DNA of 64,000 bases from Anaeromyxobacter sp. (GTDB taxonomy: Bacteria > Myxococcota > Myxococcia > Myxococcales > Anaeromyxobacteraceae). Below the pieces are notes generated by a model, which saw only the letters and a program-made list of their open reading frames with translations, was not told the DNA's origin and searched no databases. Shown piece after piece: positions 30,649 to 43,772 of this stretch. Numbering within the stretch: position 1 is the first letter of the stretch; every line of letters starts with the position of its first letter. The DNA lies in contig JASGJN010000022.1 of NCBI GenBank assembly GCA_049840735.1, positions 800,001-864,000 on the forward strand, read 5' to 3'. The translations under genes were made by a program, and so were the position numbers.

Positions 30649-31707
30649 CTAGGAGGGATCCTGCGGGCTCGTAAAAAGGCGGACGAGGGATGGCGACAGG
30701 GTAACCGCTCGGTTTTCCGTTGGGGAGTCTTTCGTGGTCGAGATCGTCGACCAAAACAGCGCCCTTTCGGCTCGCGGCTGGCTGCGCGCCCCGCCTCTCA
30801 CCTCGGCCGGCGGTTGCGTTCGAGTGGCGACGTTACCGCGGGCGGCAGGCCACCTCAACCATCCCAACGCCGCCGCGAACGCTTTGCCAGTGTATGTGGA
30901 TTCGAGCTGCAGACCTTGCGTGGTCGCGATCTGAATGGCTGTCTCGCCGGCCTGCGTCGGCACCCCATAGCCGTCACCGATCCAACGCGAGTCGATCTCC
31001 AACCGGGACGCCAAGTTCTGCGGGATTTCCGCATCGAGACTGCGCAGGGCACGTCGCGCCAGGTGCAGAACGAGGGTGCGCGGCGCAGGGATCTTCAGAA
31101 CCGGCACTGCCACGAGGCGCGCTCGGAGCTGGGAGCGGGCGAGTCCCGCGAGGATCCCCGCGGCCGTCCCGCCGGAACCGAGTGCAACGAAGATGACGTC
31201 CGGCTCTGGGAGAACCCCAGCGCGGATCTGCTCATCGAGTTCGGCAACGGCGTCGATGTAGCCCAACGTTCCGATTGCGTTGGAGCCTCCAGGGGGAATC
31301 CAACGCGTATCTCTGCGACAGACGGATGCGAGGGTGCGAAGCACTTTTGCGAATTCGAAGACGCTCACCCACTCGACGCCGGCGAGGATCGCGTCTTTTG
31401 TTGTCTGTTCGGCGTGCCTTCCGTAGGGGCGCGGAAGCGCAATCGCCGTCACCGAAAGTCCGAGTTTCCGTCCGAGCAGGCCCGTGGCGAGGACGTGGTG
31501 GGAGCCGAGTGCTCCGATGGTGACGAGTCGACGTATACCGTCCTCCTCGACCCGCCGGAGGAGGTATGCGAGTTTTCGCGGCTTGTTCCCTCCGTAGTCA
31601 GTGCATATCGCGCCGTCGTCCTTAACCCAAAGCTCGCGCGACTCATTCACGGCCAACCGTCGAACGGGAGATGGAACGTCGAGAGTGCAGGCGATGGGTG
31701 CGGGCAC
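30649..31707 (-). CDS. PLP-dependent ACC deaminase/D-cysteine desulfhydrase family enzyme
   Basis: YGGNKPRKL, GSGGTAAG and TYTGKA motifs. Confidence 0.88.
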   Translation of the reverse strand: MPAPIACTLDVPSPVRRLAVNESRELWVKDDGAICTDYGGNKPRKLAYLLRRVEEDGIRRLVTIGALGSHHVLATGLLGRKLGLSVTAIALPRPYGRHAEQTTKDAILAGVEWVSVFEFAKVLRTLASVCRRDTRWIPPGGSNAIGTLGYIDAVAELDEQIRAGVLPEPDVIFVALGSGGTAAGILAGLARSQLRARLVAVPVLKIPAPRTLVLHLARRALRSLDAEIPQNLASRLEIDSRWIGDGYGVPTQAGETAIQIATTQGLQLESTYTGKAFAAALGWLRWPAARGNVATRTQPPAEVRGGARSQPRAERALFWSTISTTKDSPTENRAVTLSPSLVRLFTSPQDPS

Positions 31708-31770
31708 GGAGGCTGATCTGAATCAGGACTGAGACTGGGGACAGCCGCAGTGGGATTCGGTGACGGTGAT

Positions 31771-31890
31771 GGCACCGGCACCAGCACCAGCACCAGCACC
31801 AGCACCGGCACCAGCACCGGCACCGGCACCAGCACCGGCACCAGCACCAGCACCGGCACCAGCACCGGCACCGGCACCGGCACCAGCACC
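31771..31890. repeat. Hexamer microsatellite (RGCACC)x20
   Basis: 20 consecutive GGCACC/AGCACC units. Confidence 0.95.
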
Positions 31891-32279
31891 GGCATCGGCG
31901 TCTACAGGATTGGACGAGCCGCCGACGGCACTGTCGTCAATGGGTCGGCAATGCGTGCCGCTTCCATCGGGGGGAGATGATGTCCGTCGAGCGCCGTCGG
32001 TGCGACACGACGACGGACAAAAGCCGGTGCTGGGGCGCCAGCCGGTGCTGGCGTTGGACAAGGACGGGGCTCGCCAAATGGTACAAACGCTGGGGCACGA
32101 CCGGGAGCGCTGGAGCTCGTGAGCGTGCAGGCGGGGTCGGTGCGGTCTTTCGGTCGAGTCTGTGAGCGATTCGAGCTCTCGCTGATTTCACCGATTGAAT
32201 CCGGTGCGAAACATTCCGGAAACCTATCTCCCGTTACCCAAGGAGCGTCGGTCGATGAGACCGTCCCCGGTGCTTCTGA

Positions 32280-32688
<409 letters not shown>

Positions 32689-32718
32689 AATCATCGGCTC
32701 CGCTCAGCCGAGGGGAGC

Positions 32719-34140
32719 ATGTCCAGAATGAACGCGAAGGAAGCTATCGAGTTCGGCAAAAAAAACGGGTCGGTCATGGTCGACCTGAAGTTTTGCGATC
32801 TCATCGGCAAATGGCAGCACCAGACCGTTCCGTTCGAACGATTGAGTGAGGCCTCCTTCGAGAATGGGTTTGGATTCGACGGTTCGCAAGTCCGCGGATT
32901 CCAGCCCATCAATCAAAGTGACATGCTCCTCATTCCGGATCCTTCGACGGCGGTGATGGATCCGTTCTTGGGGCACCCCACGTTGTCCCTCGAGTGCACG
33001 GTGCGCGATCCGATTACGCGCCAAAGCTACTCGCGCGATCCGCGGTACATCGCGACGAAGGCAGAAGCGTATCTGCGGAGCACGGGCATCGCCGATCAGT
33101 GTCTCGTGGGGCCCGAAGCAGAGTTCTTCATCTTCGACGACGTGCGCTTCGATACCGGCGTGGAAGGTGCCTATTACTACATCGATTCCGTCGAAGCCGA
33201 CTGGAACACTGGTCGTGCGGAGAAGCCCAATCTCGGTCACAAGGTGCGATTGGGAGAGGGATACTTCCCGGTTCCTCCCCAAGATACCCTGCACGATCTT
33301 CGCACCAAAATGATGCTTTTGCTCGGAAGCGTGGGCATCGAAGTCGAGTCGGCGCATCACGAAGTCGCGACGGCAGGACAGAGCGAGATCGACATGCGGC
33401 AGGACCGACTGCTTCGCATGGCGGACAAGCTGATGTGGTTCAAGTACGTCGTCAAGAATGCGGCTCGGGCTGCGGGTAAGACCGCGACGTTCATGCCGAA
33501 GCCCATCTACGGCGACAACGGCAGCGGTATGCACGTCCACTTGTCGCTCATCAAGGATGGTGCGTCTCTGTTCACGGGTGAGGGATACGGCGGCCTTTCC
33601 GAGATGGGTCTGTACTACATGGGGGGCGTGCTCAAGCACGCTCGCGCACTTGCTGCTCTCACCAATCCGACCGTCAATAGCTACAAGCGACTCGTGCCGG
33701 GGTTCGAGGCGCCCGTGAATCTGGCGTACTCTTGCCGCAACCCATCTGCGGCAATTCGCGTCATGAGCCAACTCACGGCGTCGCGTCCTGCCAAGCTCGA
33801 ACTTGCGTTCCCGGATGCGACTTGCAACCCATACCTTGCCTTCGCAGCGATCCTCATGGCAGGTCTCGATGGGATCATCAATCGAATCAATCCCGGAGAT
33901 CCCTTCGACAAGGACGTGTACTCGCTGAGTCCAGAGGAACTCGACGACGTGCCTCACGTTCCCATGTCGCTTCCCGAAGCCATTCGGGCTCTCCAGGCGG
34001 ACCACGAATTTTTGCTTCGCGGTGACGTCTTTACGGAAGACGTCGTGTCCGTGTGGGTCGAATACAAAATGGAACGCGACGTGCGCCCCAGCCGCATGCA
34101 CCCGACGCCGATGGATTTCTATTTGTATTACGACGTCTGA
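32719..34140 (+). CDS. glnA: Glutamine synthetase type I-beta homologue with substituted catalytic residues
   Basis: FDGS, GPEAEF, HHEVA, TFMPKP, NGSGMH and NPYLAF motifs; adenylylation Tyr present; RNPS and ELAF replace RNRS and EVRF. Confidence 0.92.
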   Translation: MSRMNAKEAIEFGKKNGSVMVDLKFCDLIGKWQHQTVPFERLSEASFENGFGFDGSQVRGFQPINQSDMLLIPDPSTAVMDPFLGHPTLSLECTVRDPITRQSYSRDPRYIATKAEAYLRSTGIADQCLVGPEAEFFIFDDVRFDTGVEGAYYYIDSVEADWNTGRAEKPNLGHKVRLGEGYFPVPPQDTLHDLRTKMMLLLGSVGIEVESAHHEVATAGQSEIDMRQDRLLRMADKLMWFKYVVKNAARAAGKTATFMPKPIYGDNGSGMHVHLSLIKDGASLFTGEGYGGLSEMGLYYMGGVLKHARALAALTNPTVNSYKRLVPGFEAPVNLAYSCRNPSAAIRVMSQLTASRPAKLELAFPDATCNPYLAFAAILMAGLDGIINRINPGDPFDKDVYSLSPEELDDVPHVPMSLPEAIRALQADHEFLLRGDVFTEDVVSVWVEYKMERDVRPSRMHPTPMDFYLYYDV

Positions 34141-34178
34141 AGTCCGACGTTCGCATCGTTGCCACCGAATGCGCGGGA

Positions 34179-34370
34179 CGCGAGAACGCGCCGTGGATCG
34201 CGAGAGCGCGTCGTAGGTCGCGAGAACGCGTCGTAGGTCGCGAGAACGCGCCGTGGATCGCGAGAGCGCGTCGTAGGTCGCGAGAACGCGTCGTGGGGCG
34301 CGAGAACGCGTCGTAGGGCGCGAGAACGCGTCGTAGGTCGCGAGAACGCGTCGTGGATCGCGAGAACGCG
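34179..34370. repeat. 20-bp-period tandem repeat (CGCGAGARCGCG core + 8-bp variable linker), 10 cores
   Basis: Read directly from the sequence downstream of glnA. Confidence 0.95.
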
Positions 34371-34429
34371 CTTTTGCGAGGCCAAGCCGTACCCACGGCA
34401 AGAGACGTGGATCGCGACGTACCGACATC

Positions 34430-34464
34430 AAAAAGAAGGACCTGAAGGCGGTGCCTTCAGGTCC
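34430..34464 (-). terminator. Intrinsic terminator of metK
   Basis: GGACCTGAAGGC-GGT-GCCTTCAGGTCC hairpin with a T-rich tail on the minus strand. Confidence 0.85.
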
Positions 34465-34509
34465 CAATGGTGGCTATGCCCGCGATGCTGCTCGACGCCA
34501 GGGGGCGCG

Positions 34510-35895
34510 TTAGCGTCGCTTCGCTTTCTTCGCCGCCTTCTTTACCGCTTTTCCTGCGCTCTTCTCAGCAGGCTTCGCCGCTGGCGCCTTGCTTTCCGTC
34601 TTGCTCGCGGCTTTCTTGCCGGACACGGCGCGGGGCGCCTTTTCCGCGACGTCGTTGTCGCTCTTGCTGTTGCCCTTGGCCGCCGCCTTGGTCGTTGAAG
34701 ACTTCTTGGTGGCCTTCTGTCCGTACAGTGCAGACTTGCCAAGGAGCGCTTGTGCCAGCGCTTCCGCGTGGGTCGTGGCTTCCCATGGGAACTGCGCGCG
34801 CCCGAAGTGGCCGTAGGCTGCCGTCTCGCGGTAGATGGGACGCAGCAGATTCGAGTTCGTCGATGAGTGCCTTCGGACGGAAGTCGAAGTTCTTCATCAC
34901 GTACGCCGCAATCTTCTCGTCGTCCACGACGCCGGTTCCGAAGGTGCTCACGTAGACGCCAACGGGTTGTGCGACACCGATGGCATACGCCACCTGGACT
35001 TCGCAGCGACGAGCCAAGCCTGCGGCGACGATGTTCTTCGCGACGTAGCGCGCGAAGTAGCAAGCCGAGCGATCGACCTTCGATGGATCTTGCCCGAGAA
35101 AGCACCGCCACCGTGGCGACCCATGCCGCCGTAGGTGTCGACGATGATCTTACGACCCGTGAGGCCAGCGTCGCCGAAGGGGCCACCGATGACGAATCGT
35201 CCCGTGGGATTGACGAAGTACTTGGTCTTGGCGTCGAGCAGATTGGCGGGAAGCGTCTTCTTGATGCAGAGCTCGATGACGGCTTCCTTGAGATCCTTGT
35301 GCTTGACGTCGGGGCTGTGTTGCGTGGAAACGACCACCGCGTCGATGCGCTTTGGCTGATCGTTTTCGTACTCGATCGTCACCTGGCTCTTGCTGTCCGG
35401 GCGCAGGAAATCGAGCTTGTTCGACTTCCTGAGCTTTGCCAGGTTCTGCACCAACTCGTGCGAGTACATGATCGGTGCGGGCATGAGCTCGGGCGTTTCG
35501 TCGCACGCATAACCGAACATGAGCCCTTGATCGCCGGCGCCTTGCTCCTTGTGCAGGCCTTCACCTTCCGTCACGCCTTGGGAGATGTCGGGAGACTGCG
35601 GTTCGACCGCGATGAGGACACCGCACGTGTCGGCGTCGAAGCCCATCGACGAATCCGTGTAGCCGATGTCCTTGACGACGTTGCGAGCAATCTTCCCGAA
35701 GTCGAGATTCTTGGCTTTGGTCGTGATTTCGCCGGCAATGGCGACGAACCCGGTCTTACAAAGACACTCGCACGCTACGCGGCTGCGTGGATCTTCCGTA
35801 AGCGCGGCATCGAGCACCGCGTCGGAGATCTGATCACACATCTTGTCGGGATGTCCTTCACTGACGGATTCGGAAGTAAACAGGTATCGGCTCAT
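34510..35895 (-). CDS. metK: S-adenosylmethionine synthetase with a Lys/Ala-rich C-terminal extension (frameshifts near 35,089 and 34,852)
   Basis: [26 protein letters not shown] and TAAYGHFGR motifs; stop TAA at 34,510-12. Confidence 0.92.
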
Positions 35896-36225
35896 CGCTT
35901 GTGCTCGCTCTAGAATCTAGTGCCACCACGCCCGGACAACTCCGGGAGAAGAACACGGGTTGGATAGCGACCGTCCAAGTCTGCTCGTCCGGCGCGCCCG
36001 GACGCTAGCACCTTTGGCCATGCATGCAGAAGCGGCTCGTGACAGTCCCGACCCACAGGCGAGCTGCACGGGGGAGATGGCAAGGGTTTTCGCGTCTTTC
36101 CACGTAATGTCCGAGGAACGAGAGGCTGCGGGATGCCTGCGTGGGGTGGAGCCCGGTGTTCCAGACCCGCTTCGTCGCGGACGAATTCGCGCAGAATTTG
36201 CTTGTCAGGAGACCGGTGTCCCTTA

Positions 36226-36241
36226 ACACTGACGTCAGTGT
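36226..36241. promoter_or_regulatory. Perfect 16-bp palindrome, candidate repressor operator
   Basis: ACACTGACGTCAGTGT about 43 bp upstream of the activase ATG. Confidence 0.55.
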
Positions 36242-36283
36242 CAGTTAGCGACGCGAACCTCTTACTCGATGCGGGGACACGCA

Positions 36284-39200
36284 ATGGCCGATCGTAGTGA
36301 CAATCTCGTCATTGGTATGGATGTAGGGTCGACGACGGTCAAAGCCGTCGTCGTCGAGCCGCACAGCAAACGCGTGCTCTGGAACGACTACCAGCGCCAC
36401 CACACCAAACAACCCGAGAAGGTCCTCGAGCTTCTCGAGCAGATTCACGCGTCCTTTCCAGACCGGCGCGCGGAGGACTTTCGCCTGTTCCTCACCGGCT
36501 CTGGGAGCGGCCCGCTCGAGGGACCCACGGGCGGCAAGTTCGTGCAAGAGGTGAACGCCGTCACCCTCGCCGTCGAAGACCGCCACCCGGACGTGATGAG
36601 CGTCATCGAGCTCGGCGGGCAGGACGCCAAGATCATCATGTTCAAGGTCGACCCCACGACGGGAACGCGGACCGCCTCGACGTCGATGAACGACAAGTGC
36701 GCGTCCGGAACCGGCGCAACCATCGACAAGTGTTTCATCAAGGTCGGCGCCGATCCGAAGCTTGCCACCACCCTTCGATTCGACGATTCACGGCTCCACC
36801 ACGTCGCTGCCAAGTGCGGGGTGTTCGCGGAAACCGACATCGTGAATCTGATCAAGTCGGGGATCCCGCAGGACCAAGTGCTCTGCTCTTTGGCAGACGC
36901 AATCGTCATGCAAAACCTGAGCGTGCTCACGCGAGGTAGCACCCTCAAGGCACGTGTGATGCTGCTTGGCGGACCCAATACGTATCTGCCGTTCCTTCAG
37001 GACTGCTGGCGATTGCGCATTCCTCAGACGTGGAAGGATCGCGGATACGAGCCCCCCGAAGGAATGAGCGTCGAGGATCTCATTTTCATTCCGTCCGGTG
37101 CAGAGCTCTATGCGGCCCTAGGTGCCGTCCTCTTCGGTCTGTCTCTCGACGAAAGCGAAGGCCGGTTCAAGGGCATCGATGGGCTTCGCGATTTCATCCA
37201 GAATGGCCGCCGCGCGCGGCTCGGCGAGCAAGCGGGACCGCCCTTGGTGGCGCATGCGGACGAAGCGGCGCTCTTTGCATCCAGTTATTCCGTTCCTCGC
37301 TTCGTTCCCGCTAGTTTCGAACCGGGCCAGGAGGTGCGCGCCGTCATTGGCTTGGACGGTGGCTCCACGTCGTCGAAAGCCGTGCTCGTCGACGAATCCG
37401 GCGAGCTCATTGCGAAGGCGTACCAGCTCTCCAAGGGTAACCCCATCGAGGACTCCAAGGAGCTGCTCCTCAAGCTACGCGAGCAGGTGGAAAGCCAGGG
37501 CGCCAAGTTGACGTGTCTCGGCTTCGGTGCGACGGGTTATGCCGCAGACGTGCTCGAGCAGACCCTGCTAGCGGACGTCAACATCGTCGAAACGGTCGCG
37601 CACATGGTCAGCGCCGTACATTATTTCGGCGACATCGACGTCGTGTGTGACATCGGTGGTCAAGACATCAAGGTTCTATTTCTGAAGAACGGTGACATTC
37701 AGAACTTCAAGTTGTCGAACTCTTGCAGTGCCGGCAACGGGATGCTCCTTCAGGCCATGGCGGACCAATTCGGTCTGCCCGTGACGGACTACGCGAAGGT
37801 CGCGTTCCAAGCGGAATTGGCCCCGAAGTTCAGCTACGGATGTGCCGTCTTTCTCGACACCGATCGAGTCAATTTCCAAAAAGAAGGCTTTCAGCGCGAA
37901 GAGCTACTCGCGGGGCTGGCTCAAGTGCTTCCGAAGAACGTCTGGCAGTACGTCGTTCAAGTGCCGCGCATGGCGTCGCTTGGAAGAAAATTCGTGCTTC
38001 AAGGCGGCACTCAATACAACCTTGCAGCAGTAAAGGCCCAGGTCGATTACATCAAACAACGTGTCCCCGACGCGGAGGTATACGTTCACCCGCACACCGG
38101 TGAGGCAGGGGCGATCGGCGCAGCGATGGAAACACTCCGTCGATACAAGCGTACCGGCAAGACGCGGTTCGTGGGGATCGAAGCCGCGTTGAATCTCAAG
38201 TACGAGGCGCGCAACGACGAATCGACCGTCTGCCATTTCTGTCCCAACGAGTGTCACCGTACGTTCATCGACGCCGAGCGACCCGACGGAACACGGGCGC
38301 GCTACATCTCTGGGTTTTCTTGCGAGAAGGGCACCGTCGAGAGCGAAGCTGCCATGCTTTCCATCGTTGCCGAGCGGAAAAAGACTGCGGCGCAATTCCC
38401 AAATCTGATCGAATACGAGGCACGAAAGGCATTCCAGCATTTCTACTCGCCAGAACCCATGCCGGAGGCCGGCTCACTCATCGAAGACATGCGCGTGAAG
38501 AAAGGCTTGTTTCGTATCAAGCGAGAACGGTACTCGCGACCGTTTCAGCGTTCGAGTGAAGACGCAGCCAAGGCGCGTCGATCGATCCGCATCGGCATTC
38601 CACGCGTCCTCAACGTCTACAGTGTGGCGCCGTTCATTCGGACCTACTTCGAGGCCTTGGGGATCCCGAAGAATCAAGTGGTCTTCAGCGACGAGACGAG
38701 TGAGGAGATGTGGATTGCCGGGGGTAAATACGGCTCCATCGATCCGTGCTTCCCGAGCAAGGTCGTTCAAGCGCATGTCCACCACTTGCTCTTCGAAGCG
38801 CATCAACCCGCCAAAAAACGCCCGCTGAACTACATCTTCTTTCCCATCCTCACGCACGTGCAGAACTTCGTCGAGGATACGATGGACAATGCGTCTTGCC
38901 CCATCGTGGCGGGAACGCCAGACGTGATTCGGGCCGCATTCACCAAAGAGACGGACTTCTTCAAGACGCGTAACATCGAGTACCTTGCGCCTGCGCTCAG
39001 CTTCTCGGAGCCCACGCTTTTGGCTCGGCGGATGTTCGAAACCTGGGGCGAACGTCTCCAGATCACGGAAGACGAGAGCGATTTCGCTTGTAAGCAGGCG
39101 TGGAAAGCTCTTTCGGCATTCAATGCCGACGTCGAGGAGAAGGGGCGGGCGATTCTCGAGACGGTGGAAGCGGAAAATCGTATCGCCATCTTGGTGATCG

Positions 39201-39922
39201 GACGACCCTATCATTCCGATCCAGGGCTCAATCACGGGATCCCGGAGGAGTTCCAGGTGCTCGGCTATCCGATCCTCAGTATTCGTTCCATCCCGAAGTC
39301 GCGCGAGTATCTCGACCGCTTTTACGCAGACGAACTCGCCGCGGGAACGATTCGCTCGCCACTCCAGCTGTCGCAGGTTTGGCCCGAGAATTATTCGGCC
39401 AACAGTGCGCAGAAGGTGTGGGCGGCGAATTTCGCCGCTCACCATCCGAACGTCGCGGTGCTCAATCTCTCGAGTTTCAAGTGTGGCCACGACGCACCGA
39501 CCTATGGCCTCATCGATTCCATTCTTCAAGCCACTCGAACGCCCACGGCTGCGCTCCACGATCTGGACGCCAACAAGCCTGGCGGTTCGAATCGAGAATC
39601 CGCGTCAAGACCTACGCGCACTCGCTGACATTGGAGCGCGAGCGTCTCGAAGAAATGGCCGAGAAACGTCGTGAGTTCGAGTGGACACTCGACAAGAAGC
39701 GGCTCGAATCTCCTCGAGATGCGTCGCGGCGGAGCCACAGTCGCGTTTCGTGACGAAGCCAAGCTCGACGGCGAGATTGAGCGACTGCGGTTGAAGGTGA
39801 GCCAATACCAACCACGACCGAGCGTATTGACGGAAGACGGCCCGAAGCTCGTTCAGCTTCGAGCCAAACCGAAGCCCTCGCGGATCACGAGCGAGGCGTC
39901 CGTGCCCCTAGCTGCGGAGTGA
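36284..39922 (+). CDS. 2-hydroxyacyl-CoA dehydratase activase (two BadF/BcrA ASKHA domains + DUF2229-like domain); frameshifts near 39,590 and 39,710
   Basis: DVGSTTVK, ELGGQDAK, KCASGTG, DIGGQDIK, CSAGNG and SFKCGHD motifs. Confidence 0.9.
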
Positions 39923-40010
39923 TGTCGCAGCGGACTTCGAAACGAGTTCAAGAACACGACTTCAGGAACACACGAGCTGACCCAACAGGCACACGTAGGA
40001 GGAGAGGAAC

Positions 40011-41700
40011 ATGCAAACGAACCCCGAAATTTCTGCCAAGAAACGGCTGCCAATCGCTTCGCCTGGCCGCGAGGATCGTTCGATCGAGGACGAGCTGGCC
40101 AACTTCGCCGCGGTGGAACGGAAACGTCTCGGGCTGTCGTCCCGCCCGAATCCTTGGCGGGAAACCATGGCGAACCTCAAGTTCGTCAAGGCCGAGCGGG
40201 GCTCAGTAACGATTCTTCTCGGGGGCCTCACCGTAGCTCACGATCGTCTCGTCGAAGGCGCCTTCCGCGGGTTGGGATACAACATCAAGGCTTTGGCGTG
40301 TCCGGACCAAGACGCTCTCCGAGTCGGCAAGGAATTCGGCAATCGTGGTCAATGCAATCCGACCTACTTCACCGTCGGTAACTTGGTGAAGTACCTGCAA
40401 GAGCTCGAGGCATCCGGGCTGACCAAGCAGCAAATCGTGTCAAATTACGTGTTTCTCACTGCTGGAGCGTGCGGGCCGTGTCGTTTTGGTATGTACGTGA
40501 CCGAGTACCGCAAGGCACTCCGTGATGCCGGCTTCGACGGATTTCGGGTCGTAGCCTTTCAGCAGCAAGGCGGCTTGAGTCAGGTCAATGGCGACGACGT
40601 TGGGCTCGAAATGACGCCGAAGTTCTTCGGCGCAATGCTTCAGGCGCTCGCTGCTGGCGATGTCATCAACGCGCTCGGATATCGAATTCGTCCGTATGAA
40701 GTGGTCCCTGGGGCAACCAATCGAGCAGTGGAGAAGGCGACCGCACGTTGCTATGACGCGCTGTTTCGACGAAAGAGCGTCCTATTGGCGCTCCTTGCCT
40801 CGCGACGTGACTTCGCGAAAATCGAGGTCGACCGTACTCGCATCAAGCCGAAGGTCTCCATCATCGGGGAATTCTGGGCGATGACGACCGAAGGGGACGG
40901 AAACTACCACCTGCAAAAGTTCATCGAGGAGGAAGGGGGTGAAGTCGACATTCAGCTCGTTACCGCTTGGTTGCTCTACAACATTTGGGAAGTGCGCTTC
41001 GATACGGCCAATCGCGCCGAGTTGCGCGGGGCGGATCAGGCGTCCAACGGCCTTGCGGGCATGGGCGAATTCGGCGTTGCGAAGCGTAGACTGATGTTGA
41101 CGCTGGCGGAACGCGCGTTGCGGAGCGGATTCTTCGCCTACAGTCGGGCGCTGGGGTTGGTCGACTATCACCTGCCGAACATGGAGCAAGTCGCCGAGGT
41201 GGCGCGTCAGTATTACAATAACGATCTCCGTGGTGGCGAAGGTCACATGGAAGTCGGTAAGGTGATCTTGAATGCGATCGGGAAGAAGTCCACGATGACC
41301 CTGAGTGTCAAGCCGTTTGGCTGCATGCCGAGTTCTGGCGTCAGCGACGGTGTACAGTCCCTCGTTCAGGAGAAGTTTCCCTCGAGCATGTTCTGCGCCG
41401 TAGAGACGAGCGGGGATGGAGCGGTGAACTTCCAGAGCCGAGTCCAGATGTTCCTGCACAAGGCAAAGCGCGCAGCAGCTGAAGAAGTGGATCGCGCTTT
41501 GAGCGAGACCGGCTTGACTGCGGAGCAGGTAAGCGATGCTGCCCGCAAGTCCCCACGCTGGCGGAGCGCAATTACCCGAGCGAAGCATCGCAGGGACGAC
41601 CACGGCCGTGGACTTCGTCTATGCCGTTGCTGAGCGTATGGGGGCTGGTCGCAGGCTCCAACCCGCCGTTACGGGGCACGCCGAGTTTGCCCATCCGTAG
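40011..41700 (+). CDS. 2-hydroxyacyl/glutaryl-CoA dehydratase component (probable frameshift near 41,590)
   Basis: GQCNPTY, GACGPCRFGMY, GGEGHMEVG and KPFGCMP motifs. Confidence 0.85.
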
Positions 41701-41846
41701 CGTTGTGCTGCCGCTCGGGGGGCGCTCGGGGGGCGCCTCGTCGTGGTGCGCAGCCATTCCGTGTGCTGCCGCGAGGGGGCTCTCGGGCGTCTCTCGCGGC
41801 ACGCAGTTACGGTGCGCATGGGCGTCTCTCGCGGCGCTGTGAACCT

Positions 41847-43373
<1,527 letters not shown>

Positions 43374-43377
<4 letters not shown>

Positions 43378-43772
43378 GGCGCGCCTTCCTCCTTTGGATC
43401 TTTGGACAGGCTCCGAATGACGGCACGGATTTGTTCGGGGCGGAAAGGCTTCCTCAGAATGGCGCGGACGCCAAGGGATTGCAGTTGTTCCTGGTACTTC
43501 GCTCCAGCATCCGACGACACGACCACGACGGGCAGATGCTTCAGTTTTGGATCCTGCGTCATGCGCTCGATGAGTTCGAGTCCGGTCATTCGAGGCATGT
43601 GCAGGTCCGCGAAGACGATTGACGTGTCCGTCCGCTCGAGCCACTCGAGGGCTTCTAGACCATCGGACGCTTCGAATACTTGCTCTGCGGGTTGGCCACT
43701 CAAATCTAGAGCTTTGCGCATCATTGCACGCATGATTGGAGAGTCATCGACAATAAGGACGGGAACGGTCAT
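43374..43772 (-). CDS. cheY: Single-domain response regulator (CheY-like)
   Basis: IVDDS, ADLHMP and LRKPF motifs. Confidence 0.85.

Noticed and set aside
32078..32095. Sigma-54 promoter for glnB (TGGTAC...)
   Set aside because: No GC at the required -12 spacing
31647..32122. Poly-(AP), (GA), (VP/VL) and (GT/ST) ORFs
   Set aside because: All are readings of the hexamer microsatellite, and the flanking sequence shows no protein-like features
34179..34370. CRISPR array
   Set aside because: The 12-bp repeats and recurring 8-bp linkers are far too short and non-unique, and no cas genes are present
35940..36090. SAM-I/IV riboswitch upstream of metK
   Set aside because: The minus strand has GGGACTG and GGTGCTA fragments but lacks the GCAACC core and the AUC/GAU P1 signature; cmscan would be needed
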